Below are positions 51,947-61,000 of a stretch of 64,000 nt of DNA, piece by piece. Position 1 is the first letter of the stretch, and each line of letters starts with the position of its first letter. The stretch is from Candidatus Zipacnadia bacterium (GTDB lineage: Bacteria; Armatimonadota; Zipacnadia; Zipacnadales; UBA5352): positions 5,661 to 69,660 of the forward strand of contig JALGSW010000011.1 of NCBI GenBank assembly GCA_029821635.1. Reading direction: 5' to 3'. A program made the position numbers and the translations under genes. The notes under the pieces are model-generated. The model was not told the DNA's origin. It saw only the letters and a list, made by a program, of their open reading frames with translations, and did not search any database.

Positions 51947-53284
51947 ATGCGACACCGCGAGGCGAGTGTGTGCATGATCGTAGCGATGGCGTTGCTGGTA
52001 TCCGCGGGCTGCGCAGGAGGCGGTGAGGACGGCGGCGGGCTCGAGCGCTCGACGCTCATCGGCCCGAACGGCGGCACGATCCGCTCGGCGGACGCCAACG
52101 CCACCGTGCAGGTCCCCGACGCCGCCATCAGCGTGGCGCAGCGCTTCACCTCAGAGGAAGTCACGAACCCGCAGGCCGATCCGGGGCTCGTCGCCAACAC
52201 CGCGTACCGCTTCGGCCCCGAGGGCTGGGTGTTCGAGGCGCCGGTCACGATCACGATCGGCTACGCCGAGGCCGACATCCCCGCCGGGGTCCTCGAGCCC
52301 ACGCTGAAGATCGCGCGCCTGCAGCCCGGGGGCTGGGTGCCGGTCGGCACCTCGGCAGTGAACCAGGCGGCCAACACCGTCAACGCGCAGGTCGTGGGCT
52401 TCAGCATCTTCGCGATCATCGGGCAGGCGGCGGCGCAGGCGGCGTACGCCTACGACTCGCAGTGGGGCGCGCAGGGCGCGAGCGACGGCGAGTTTGGCGC
52501 CATGGGAGGGATCGCCTACCGTGGCGGGCTGGTCTACGTGAGCGACATGATCCCGTTTATCACCGAGCGCATCCAGCGCTTCGACGCCAACGGCGTCTAC
52601 CTGGGCCGCTGCCTCGACTTCGACACCGAGGACGGCGCCACCGGAGGCATCGACGTGGACGCCACCGGCGACATGTACACGAGCGTGGTGGATGTCTTCG
52701 CGAAGGTCGCCGCCGGCTGCGGCCTCGTCTTCGACCGCGACGCGACCGACCTCGGCCTCGCCCAGTTCCGACCGACCGACGTGGCGCTCGATGGCGCCGG
52801 TAACATCTTCATCGCCGAGATGAACCAACACCGCATCACGCGGCTCAACGCGGCCGGGAACATCGTCGCGCAGATCGGCTCGCAGGGCGCGGGCGACGGG
52901 CAGTTCAACTTCGTCGGCGGCGTCGCGGTCGGGCCTGACGGCAGCATCTACGCCAGCGACCACCTCGGCGACCGCGTGCTCAAGTTCAGCAACGCGGGCG
53001 CGTTCGTGGGCGCGTTCGGGGAGACCGGCGACGGGAACGGGCAGTTCCACAGCCCGCGCGGCATCGATGTGGATGACGACGGCGACGTCTACGTGGCCGA
53101 CTCGGTGGGCAACCGAGTGCAGAAGTTCGACGAGGACGGGGCGTTCATCGCCGCGTTCGGCTCGGCGGGCGATGGTGCTGGCGAGTTCAACTTCCCGACG
53201 GACGTGGCGGTGACGCCGGACGGGAGCGCGGTGTATGTGATGGACGCGCTCAACTACCGCGTCCAGAAGTTCGTGGAGCAGTAG
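51947..53284 (+). CDS. Lipoprotein with ZU5-like domain and NHL beta-propeller (paralog 1)
   Basis: Lipobox SAGC; IGPNGGTI...YRFGPEG..F.APVTI; NHL repeats G.GQF..P.GI.VD..G.VYVAD..N.RVQKF. Confidence 0.85.
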   Translation: MRHREASVCMIVAMALLVSAGCAGGGEDGGGLERSTLIGPNGGTIRSADANATVQVPDAAISVAQRFTSEEVTNPQADPGLVANTAYRFGPEGWVFEAPVTITIGYAEADIPAGVLEPTLKIARLQPGGWVPVGTSAVNQAANTVNAQVVGFSIFAIIGQAAAQAAYAYDSQWGAQGASDGEFGAMGGIAYRGGLVYVSDMIPFITERIQRFDANGVYLGRCLDFDTEDGATGGIDVDATGDMYTSVVDVFAKVAAGCGLVFDRDATDLGLAQFRPTDVALDGAGNIFIAEMNQHRITRLNAAGNIVAQIGSQGAGDGQFNFVGGVAVGPDGSIYASDHLGDRVLKFSNAGAFVGAFGETGDGNGQFHSPRGIDVDDDGDVYVADSVGNRVQKFDEDGAFIAAFGSAGDGAGEFNFPTDVAVTPDGSAVYVMDALNYRVQKFVEQ

Positions 53285-53458
53285 AGGGATCGGCGGCCAA
53301 ACGCGGCCGACGCCAGCTAACAAGGGGCGGACGCCGGATGACGGCAGCAGGCTCGAAGCCTACCAACTTGCTCGGGTCACGAGTCACGACACCGCTGCTC
53401 CCGGCGGATGACACTCGGGCCAAAGACGCGATGGGCACATCAAACGGAGGTGACGGAG

Positions 53459-54787
53459 ATGCGAGTCCACTGGACGGGTGTGTACACGGTCACCGCGATG
53501 GCGCTTCTTCTGATCGCTGGCTGCGGAGGCGGGGGCGACGGGGGCGGGAACGACAACTCGACGCTCATCGGACCCAACGGAGGCACGATCCGCTCTGGCG
53601 ATGGCAATGCCAACGTGCAGGTCCCTGACGCCGCCATTGCTGTGACGCAGCGTTTTACCTGCGACCGAATCACCAATCCCCAAGCCGACCCAGGCCTGGT
53701 GACCAACACCGCCTACCGCTTCGGTCCCGATGGCTGGGCGTTCGACACACCGGTTACCATCACGATCGGGTACGCTGAGGCCGACATCCCCGCCGGCATG
53801 TCCCAGGCCACGCTGCAGATCGCGCGCCTGCAGCCCGCCGGCTGGGTCGCAGTCGGCGCCTCGGCGGTGAACCAAGTGACCAACACCGTCAGCGCTGAGA
53901 TCACCGGCTTCAGCGGCTTCGCGATCCTCGGACTGGCGCCGGCTCAGTACGTCTACGACTCGCAGTGGGGCTCTTTGGGCAACGATGACGGCGAGTTCAT
54001 GTCTATGGATGGAATTGCCTATCGGGACGGCCAAGTCTACGTGAGCGACCTCATCCCGCTGAACTTGGAGCGCATCCAGCTCTTTGACGCCAGCGGCACG
54101 TTCCTCAGCAGCTGCCGCGACTTCGATTGGGTGGCCGATAGCGTCAGTGGCATCGATGTGAAGGCAGACGGGACAATCTGCGCGACCGTCGAAGAGGCCT
54201 TCGCGGAAGTCGCGGACGACTGCGGCCTCGTCTTCCGCCGCGACGCAGCCGACCTCGGACTGGCGGTGTTCTGGCCCACGGACGTCGCCCTCGACGGCGC
54301 CGGCAACGTGTTCATCGCCGAGGGGAACCTGCATCGCATCACTCAACTGAGTTCCGTCGGTTTGCTCGTCCGACAGTTCGGCCAACCGGGCACCGGTGAC
54401 GGTGAGTTCAATCAGATAGGCGGCGTGGCCGTCGGCCCCGACGGGAGCGTCTACGCAAGCGACCGCTTCGGCGACCGCGTGCTCAAGTTCAGCAACACGG
54501 GCGCATTCGTCGACGCGTGGGGCGAGACCGGCGACGGCAACAGCCAGTTCGACACCCCGGAAGGGATCGACGTGGATAATGACGGCGATGTCTACGTCGC
54601 GGACGCGGTCAACAACCGGGTGCAGAAGTTCGATAAGAACGGCGCCTTCATCACCGCGTTCGGAGAGGCGGGCGCCGGCGACGGGCAGTTCGCCTACCCG
54701 AATGACGTCGCGGTCACACCCGACGGCAGCGCCGTCTACGTGGTAGACGGGCTCAACCGCCGCGTGCAGAAGTTCGTCGAGCAGTAG
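53459..54787 (+). CDS. Lipoprotein with ZU5-like domain and NHL beta-propeller (paralog 2)
   Basis: Lipobox IAGC; collinear with and highly similar to 51947-53284. Confidence 0.85.
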   Translation: MRVHWTGVYTVTAMALLLIAGCGGGGDGGGNDNSTLIGPNGGTIRSGDGNANVQVPDAAIAVTQRFTCDRITNPQADPGLVTNTAYRFGPDGWAFDTPVTITIGYAEADIPAGMSQATLQIARLQPAGWVAVGASAVNQVTNTVSAEITGFSGFAILGLAPAQYVYDSQWGSLGNDDGEFMSMDGIAYRDGQVYVSDLIPLNLERIQLFDASGTFLSSCRDFDWVADSVSGIDVKADGTICATVEEAFAEVADDCGLVFRRDAADLGLAVFWPTDVALDGAGNVFIAEGNLHRITQLSSVGLLVRQFGQPGTGDGEFNQIGGVAVGPDGSVYASDRFGDRVLKFSNTGAFVDAWGETGDGNSQFDTPEGIDVDNDGDVYVADAVNNRVQKFDKNGAFITAFGEAGAGDGQFAYPNDVAVTPDGSAVYVVDGLNRRVQKFVEQ

Positions 54788-54995
54788 CGGCGCGGTAGCC
54801 GGCGGCCGTGCTTGACGGGAGCCCCGCCCCCCCCCGGCGGGCGGGGGCGCACGACCGCTCCCGCAGGAATCACGAACTCCAGGCAGGAACTCGCGCGCCG
54901 ATGTCAAAAAGGGAGTCGCTTATCCTCACCACAGCGGTGAGGTCAGTCCGACAGATGCGTTTGCGCACGGAGAGTCGAAGGAGGAGGAACTGGAG

Positions 54996-55778
54996 ATGGG
55001 ACGGAGGCGGTTGTTCGTGCCGGGCGCGATCCTGGCGATGACCTTCTGTCTGTGCTTCGCGGCAGACGAGGCGACGGCGGCCAGTCGAGAGATCGGCGGC
55101 TACGTCGCTCAAGCCGAGGACCGGTTCCAGCGGAATGTCTGGAACTTCATCAAGAACTTCCAGTCGTGGCAGTCGATCGGCGGACACCAGTGGAAGTACG
55201 ATCAGTACTACTGGATGGAACCGTGGGTCTTCGAGGGCTCACATACCTCGTACGTGGACAATCAGGACTTCGCCTACGTGGCCTGCCACGGCGGCCCGTG
55301 GGTGATGGCCTGCCACGATGGCATCGGCGACGTGGACCTGCGCAACGCGCCGGCCTACGGCGACCTGCCTAACAGCGGCGACATGGAGTTCCTGGTGGTC
55401 GAGAGCTGTGACACCATCACGGCATACCCGGAGGGCACGTTCGACTGGAACGGCTGGCGCAACAACGGTCCCGGTGGGATCATGGGCGGCCTTCACCAGG
55501 CGATGGGCTTCTGGACGCTGAGCATCTCGGACAACAACATCCCCGAGTACTTCGCCGGCCAGCTCAAGGGTAACAACGTCGTGTGGCAGGCGTGGTTCAC
55601 GGCCGTTCAGCTCGAGCGCGTCTTCCCCGTCTGGCGCCCGGATGACGTGCAGGCCGGCGTGGCCTACCCGGGTTGGGCGAGCGCGATCATGCCCAAGAAG
55701 TGCAAGTACGACCGCCTGGGATCCTACACTTCGGACCCGGTGGCGAGCGACCTGCTCTACAGCGTGTGGGAGGACTAA
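54996..55778 (+). CDS. Secreted DUF6345-like protein
   Basis: Signal peptide; VDNQDFAYVACHG, GD...DMEFLVVESC, GLHQAMGF. Confidence 0.65.
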   Translation: MGRRRLFVPGAILAMTFCLCFAADEATAASREIGGYVAQAEDRFQRNVWNFIKNFQSWQSIGGHQWKYDQYYWMEPWVFEGSHTSYVDNQDFAYVACHGGPWVMACHDGIGDVDLRNAPAYGDLPNSGDMEFLVVESCDTITAYPEGTFDWNGWRNNGPGGIMGGLHQAMGFWTLSISDNNIPEYFAGQLKGNNVVWQAWFTAVQLERVFPVWRPDDVQAGVAYPGWASAIMPKKCKYDRLGSYTSDPVASDLLYSVWED

Positions 55779-55829
55779 ACGCTCCGACGCATCCCACACA
55801 CCATGAGCGAGCACAGGAGGAGGAGAACG

Positions 55830-56897
55830 ATGACTGAGAAGAGAGCGACGATGCTCGTCGCGTTGATGATAGCGGTCGCGTTCGTGCTGGTCGCCCTGCC
55901 GGTACACGCACAGGGGAACGGCCGGCCGACGCTGCGGACAGGCCCGACAATCCAGGTGGACCCGAGGATCCTGCAGAGGCCTCAATTGCAGCTCCGCGGG
56001 CCAAACATCCAGTTCCGCGCGAAGTTCGACGATCGACTGCTCGAGCGCGCGAGTGGCATGAACCTCTACCGCCTGCAGGACCCGGCGGTGAATGCGGAGA
56101 CGATGCGCAGCCTGAGCGAGCAGCTCGGGATGAGCGGGGAGACGACGCAGTTCGGCGGCATGATGGGCATGATGAGCGGCGACGCCGGCTTCATGATGCT
56201 CGACCCGAAATTGGGCCGGCTCGTCTTCAACGTGAACCTCGCCGAACTGGTGGATGACGAGGCAGGCAAGCTCCCGTCCGACCGTGAGGCCGGGCCGATC
56301 GCGATGAAGTTCCTGCGCGACAATGAGCTGATGCCCGACATGGAGCAGGCGGTGGTGACGCACGTGGGCCACATCAACTCCGCCTCGTTCGACCCCAACA
56401 CCAACCGTGACAGCGGCGCGATGGTGCAGGCGGTGGTCGTGCACTTCGCCCGCCAGGTCGATGGCTTCCGCGTGGTCGGCGACGGCTCGAAGGCCGTCGT
56501 GCAGATCGGTGACGGCGGCAATATCGCCGGCGGCGGCGTGGAGTGGCGCGCGCTGGGCAAGGCGCAGAAGCTCAGCGCGGAGCAGTTCCTGGGCTCCGAG
56601 GCCGTCATGAGAAGCATCCAGAGCAAGCTGCGCGGCGATTTCGGGATGGCCACGAGCATCCTCGTGGATCGCATGGGTGTCTTCTACTACGACAGGGGCG
56701 GCTTCCTGCAGCCCTGTGTGGGCTTCCAGGCGCAGGTGACCTCAGGCGAGTTCACCTACAGCTACTTCGGCCAAGTCGCACTGATGCAGCAGCCGCCGGT
56801 GATGGTGGGTCTCGGACAGATGCCGCCGGAGGCGCGCGAGATGCTGAAGATGGGCGGCCGGGACCTCAAGCCCGAAACGGACACTGAGGGCGACTGA
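55830..56897 (+). CDS. Secreted hypothetical protein, partner of the DUF6345-like gene
   Basis: AGGAGG Shine-Dalgarno, signal peptide, VHFARQVDGFRVVG, GVFYY...LQP. Confidence 0.75.
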   Translation: MTEKRATMLVALMIAVAFVLVALPVHAQGNGRPTLRTGPTIQVDPRILQRPQLQLRGPNIQFRAKFDDRLLERASGMNLYRLQDPAVNAETMRSLSEQLGMSGETTQFGGMMGMMSGDAGFMMLDPKLGRLVFNVNLAELVDDEAGKLPSDREAGPIAMKFLRDNELMPDMEQAVVTHVGHINSASFDPNTNRDSGAMVQAVVVHFARQVDGFRVVGDGSKAVVQIGDGGNIAGGGVEWRALGKAQKLSAEQFLGSEAVMRSIQSKLRGDFGMATSILVDRMGVFYYDRGGFLQPCVGFQAQVTSGEFTYSYFGQVALMQQPPVMVGLGQMPPEAREMLKMGGRDLKPETDTEGD

Positions 56898-56924
56898 GGC
56901 TGCTCCGACGCGCACGCAGTTCCC

Positions 56925-56959
56925 AGACGGCGCGACCACATGGTCGCGCCGTCTTTATT
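56925..56959 (+). terminator. Intrinsic terminator
   Basis: AGACGGCGCGACCA-CA-TGGTCGCGCCGTCT followed by TTATT. Confidence 0.8.
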
Positions 56960-57002
56960 ATCTGGGTGCGTCGACCGCAGGCAGTTTCCGTGTCGTTGCA
57001 GT

Positions 57003-57068
57003 TCTCCCCCTCTCCCGCCAGCGACATGTCGTCTATGTCGCCAGGGGGAGGGGGCCGGGGGGAGGGGC
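57003..57068. repeat. REP-like CCCCCTCTCCC/GGGGGAGGGGG element, also a G-quadruplex motif
   Basis: C-tract at 57004-57016 is complementary to the G-tracts; G5-A-G5-CC-G6-A-G4 at 57044-57067. Confidence 0.5.
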
Positions 57069-57126
57069 GCCGTCGGGGGAACCCCCACGCCCCTTCCGGG
57101 CGTCTAACGCACAGGAGGTGGCACCG

Positions 57127-57960
57127 ATGAGTTGGCGCATTGCCGCGATAGTGGTGGGGCTGGGGCTGCTCGCGCTTGGGCCGGGCTCGTGCCAGGAAGA
57201 GGCGCCCCCGAGCACGCTGACCTGCCCCGGCGATGGCGCCGAGATGGCGCTGATCCCCGCCGGCAGCTTCATGATGGGCAGCGACGACCGCCCGGCCGAG
57301 CAGCCGGTGCATGAGGTCACGCTCGACGCGTTCTACCTGGATGTGCACGAGGTCACGAATGCGCAGTTCAAGACCTTCGTGGACGCCAATCCGCAGTGGA
57401 GCAAGCCGAACGTGGACCCGACCATGGTGACCGACGACTACCTCAAGGACTGGACGGGCGACGACTTTCCCGCAGGTGAAGACCAGCGGCCGGTGACCCT
57501 CGTGAGCTGGTACGCAGCGACCGCCTACGCGCAGTGGGCGAGCAAGCGCCTGCCGACCGAAGCTGAGTGGGAGAAGGCCGCGAGGGGGCCGGAGGGGAAC
57601 CGATTCGCCTGGGGAGACGACTGGGACGCGACGCAGGCCAACGTCTGCCGACAGGTCGGTCACGCGACCGACGTGTGCGGCTACGAGCCGAACGCGTACG
57701 GGCTCCGCGACATGACCGGGAACGTCATGGAGTGGTGCGCCGATCGCTACGATGAGACTTACTACGCGCGCAGCCCCGAGCTCAACCCGCGGGGGCCGGA
57801 CGAGGGCGAGTCGCGAGTGCTGCGCGGCGGCGCATGGAACTACTGCGCGGACCGCGGCAGCAACGCCTATCGCTTCTTCCTGGTGCAGCCGATCCTGAAC
57901 CGCGCCTGCACGGACTTCATCGGCTTCCGGTGTGCGATGGCTGTGCCCGCGGAGGGGTAG
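57127..57960 (+). CDS. Formylglycine-generating-enzyme (FGE-sulfatase) domain protein, exported
   Basis: FMMGS...EQPVHEV, EVTNAQF, RLPTEAEWEKAARG, GNVMEW, RGG, IGFRC. Confidence 0.9.
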   Translation: MSWRIAAIVVGLGLLALGPGSCQEEAPPSTLTCPGDGAEMALIPAGSFMMGSDDRPAEQPVHEVTLDAFYLDVHEVTNAQFKTFVDANPQWSKPNVDPTMVTDDYLKDWTGDDFPAGEDQRPVTLVSWYAATAYAQWASKRLPTEAEWEKAARGPEGNRFAWGDDWDATQANVCRQVGHATDVCGYEPNAYGLRDMTGNVMEWCADRYDETYYARSPELNPRGPDEGESRVLRGGAWNYCADRGSNAYRFFLVQPILNRACTDFIGFRCAMAVPAEG

Positions 57961-58087
57961 GGCCGTTTGCAGTTGCCCGGTCGTGTGGAGGGGAGGGGAG
58001 GGGCTTTAGCCGCTCCCGCCTCCTGGCCGAACCTATCGGCGCCGCTAAAGCGCCGCCGCTCCAGAACGACAACGACGAGGTGGCTCA

Positions 58088-61000
58088 ATGAATCGCGCGA
58101 TCCTGGCGCTGATGATGCTCGCACTCCTCACCACCGCCGCGTCCGCCCAGCAAGCGCTCCCGCGCCCCGACAGCGACGGCGACACCATCCCCGACGCCAT
58201 CGAGCAGCAGCTCGCAACGGACCCGAACTTCGCCGAGCCGCTGGAGCTGCTCTTCGAGGACGGGACCGGCGAGGCCGATACATCCCTCGGCACGGAGTGC
58301 CTGCCCTACGGCGACTTCGCGCGCATCTGGTTCGCGCCGGTCGCGCGCGGGCGGTTCCTCTGGAAGATCGACCTGGCGGAGCCGACCGAGTGGCCGCCGC
58401 TCAACCACGATGTGCGCCTGCTCTACGTGGACGCGGACAACGATCGGACCACCGGCCGCCCCGACTCGGGCCCGGGCTGCGACATCATGTTCTACATCGA
58501 CCCGGCGCGCGAGAACCGCCTGATCGACTGGGCCTACCCCGTCGGCTCAGCGACCGCCAGCGACGGCTCGTCGGTCTACATCTGCGCCGACGTGGACCTC
58601 AACCAGGTGGACGGCAAGTCCGTCTTCCGCATGATGCTGCTCTACCAGGACATCCGCGAGGGGCACGTCCAGAACCGCGACAACATGCCGTGGCTCGACG
58701 TGAGCGCCGCCGGCTCCTCCGACCGCGAACGCATCGAGGTCGCGAGCACTCACCCGCTCTTCGCGCCTCCGCAGGAGCTGCGCAACGTCGGCGCGCGGGT
58801 GCTCTTTGACCGCCCGCAGCCGCGCGCGGAGATCACCTGCGTCACCGAGCTGCCGACGATGCCGACCGTGGAGTTCGGCCCGACCGCCAACTACGGCACG
58901 ACGGTGCGCGCAGAGCGCAACTACAACAACCATCGCATCTACCTGGAGGGGCTGGAGCCGGGCCGCGAGTACCACTACCGCGTGAGCGTCCCGGCGCGCG
59001 ACGAGGCGATCCTCAGCGAGGACGCGACCTTCAGCACGCGCCCGCCCGCGCAGCCCCGGGGCAGTGTCAGGCGCGAGACGGTCATGCTGACCGTGGACAA
59101 CCCGCACGCCGCGCCCACCGAACGCGCGCCGATCACTACCGGCCTGCCGTTCCCGCAGGGGGCGCTCGCCGATGACGCGCGCCTGCGGTTGCTGGATGAC
59201 GCGGGCCGCGAGCTTCCTCTGCAGACGCAGGTCACCGCGCGCTACCCCGACGGCTCGGTGCAGTGGCTGCTGCTGGACTTCATCGCCGACGTGCCCGCCG
59301 AGAGCAGCGCGCAGTACGCGGTGGAGTTCGGCAGGCGGGTGCAGCGCACTGTGCAGCCTGAGGGCATCACGACCGAACGCGAGGGCGAAGCGCTGACGGT
59401 GGACACGGGGGCGTTACGCGTGATCTTTGACCCGGCCAACGGCGACCTCTTCCGCAGCGCGTTCCTCGACGCGAACGGTGATGGGGCGTATTCCGCCGAC
59501 GAAGCAGTGCTGGGCGAGCAGAACCCCGGCGGCTCAGGGCTCTCGGTCCGCGACGACGACGAGTGGCTGCACTATGCCGCCGTGCACGCAGAGCCGGAGA
59601 TCGCGATCGAGCGCGAAGGGCCGCTCGCGACCATAGTGACCGTCTCCGGAGCGCACGCCGACAACGGCGGCAACGCGCTCTTCCGCTACGTGTCGCGCTA
59701 CCAGTTCACCGCGGGCAGCGGCCTCGTGCGGCTGCAGCACACCGTCGAGAACGACCAGACCGGTCAGAAGCTCACGCGCATCGACAGCTACGGCATCGGG
59801 ATGCCGCTGCCGTTCGACGAGACGGCGGTCGTTTCATTGCTGAACACTGATCTGGAGTTGCTGGGGTTCAGTGCCGCTGACGGGAACGTCACGGTTACGC
59901 AGGACCTCGACAACCACATGAAGCTGGTTGCGCCGGGCATCGAGGAGGAGGGCGTCGTCGGCCCCTCGTCGATCGACGTGAGCGCCCGCGACCGCGGCGT
60001 CTGGGTGGGGCTGCGGCAGTTCGCCGAGAAGTGGCCAAGCGAACTTGTTTTCAACAGCGACGCGCGCGGCATCGGCGTGAACCTGCTGCCGAGCTTCGAG
60101 GACGGCCGCTACGCCGACCTCGGCGACGCCATCGAGAGCGACCGGCTCTACTACCACGTGCGCGACGGCGGCTACCGCCTGCACTGGGGCGTGAGCTTCA
60201 CGCGCGAGGTCTGGTTGGGCTTCCACGAGGGCGCGGTGTGGCCCAACTCCTGGGCGCAGCAGCTTCGCGAGCCGCTGATTGCCGTCGCCGATCCGGAGTG
60301 GCTCTGCGCGTCCGGGGCGTTCGGCGAGCAGCTTCCGCGCACCGAAGGGCTCTTCCCGCGCTATGAGGAGATGGTGGACCGCATCTTCGACTCGCTGCTG
60401 GCGCGACGGGAGACGAACCGCTCCTACGGCTTCCTGAACCTGGGCGACTGGTGGGGCGAACGCCGCTACAACTGGGGCAACATGGAGTATGACACGCCGC
60501 ACGCGGACATGGTGCAGTTCGCCCGCACAGGCGACCGCCGCTTCTTCGACGAGGCCTGCAACTCCGCCACGCACAACCGCGACGTGGACTACGCGCATTA
60601 CGAGCCGAGGGGGCGTGAGTTCTACCGCACGCGCAGCCATCGCATGTTCCACACGGGCGGCTACGAGCCGCGCATGACTGCCGAGCAGATGGGCCTCGCC
60701 TACGCGACCGACAGCGGCCTGACGAACGCGCTCTCCGGCCACCAGTGGAACCGCGGGAACTTCGACCACTACTTCATGACCGGCGAGCAGCGCTCGTGGG
60801 ACGTCGCCCTCGGCCTCGCGGAGTACATGGCCGGGCCGGGCAGCGTCAGCTTCACGATGGGCAAGGGCGCCGAGCGCTGCGTCGCGTGGGCGCTGTACGA
60901 CTTGCTGAGCGCCTACCGTGTGACGTGGGACCCGTATTACCTGAACGGGGCGCGGATCATGGCCGAGGACGTGATCCGGCGGCAGACCCCCGAGGGCCAC

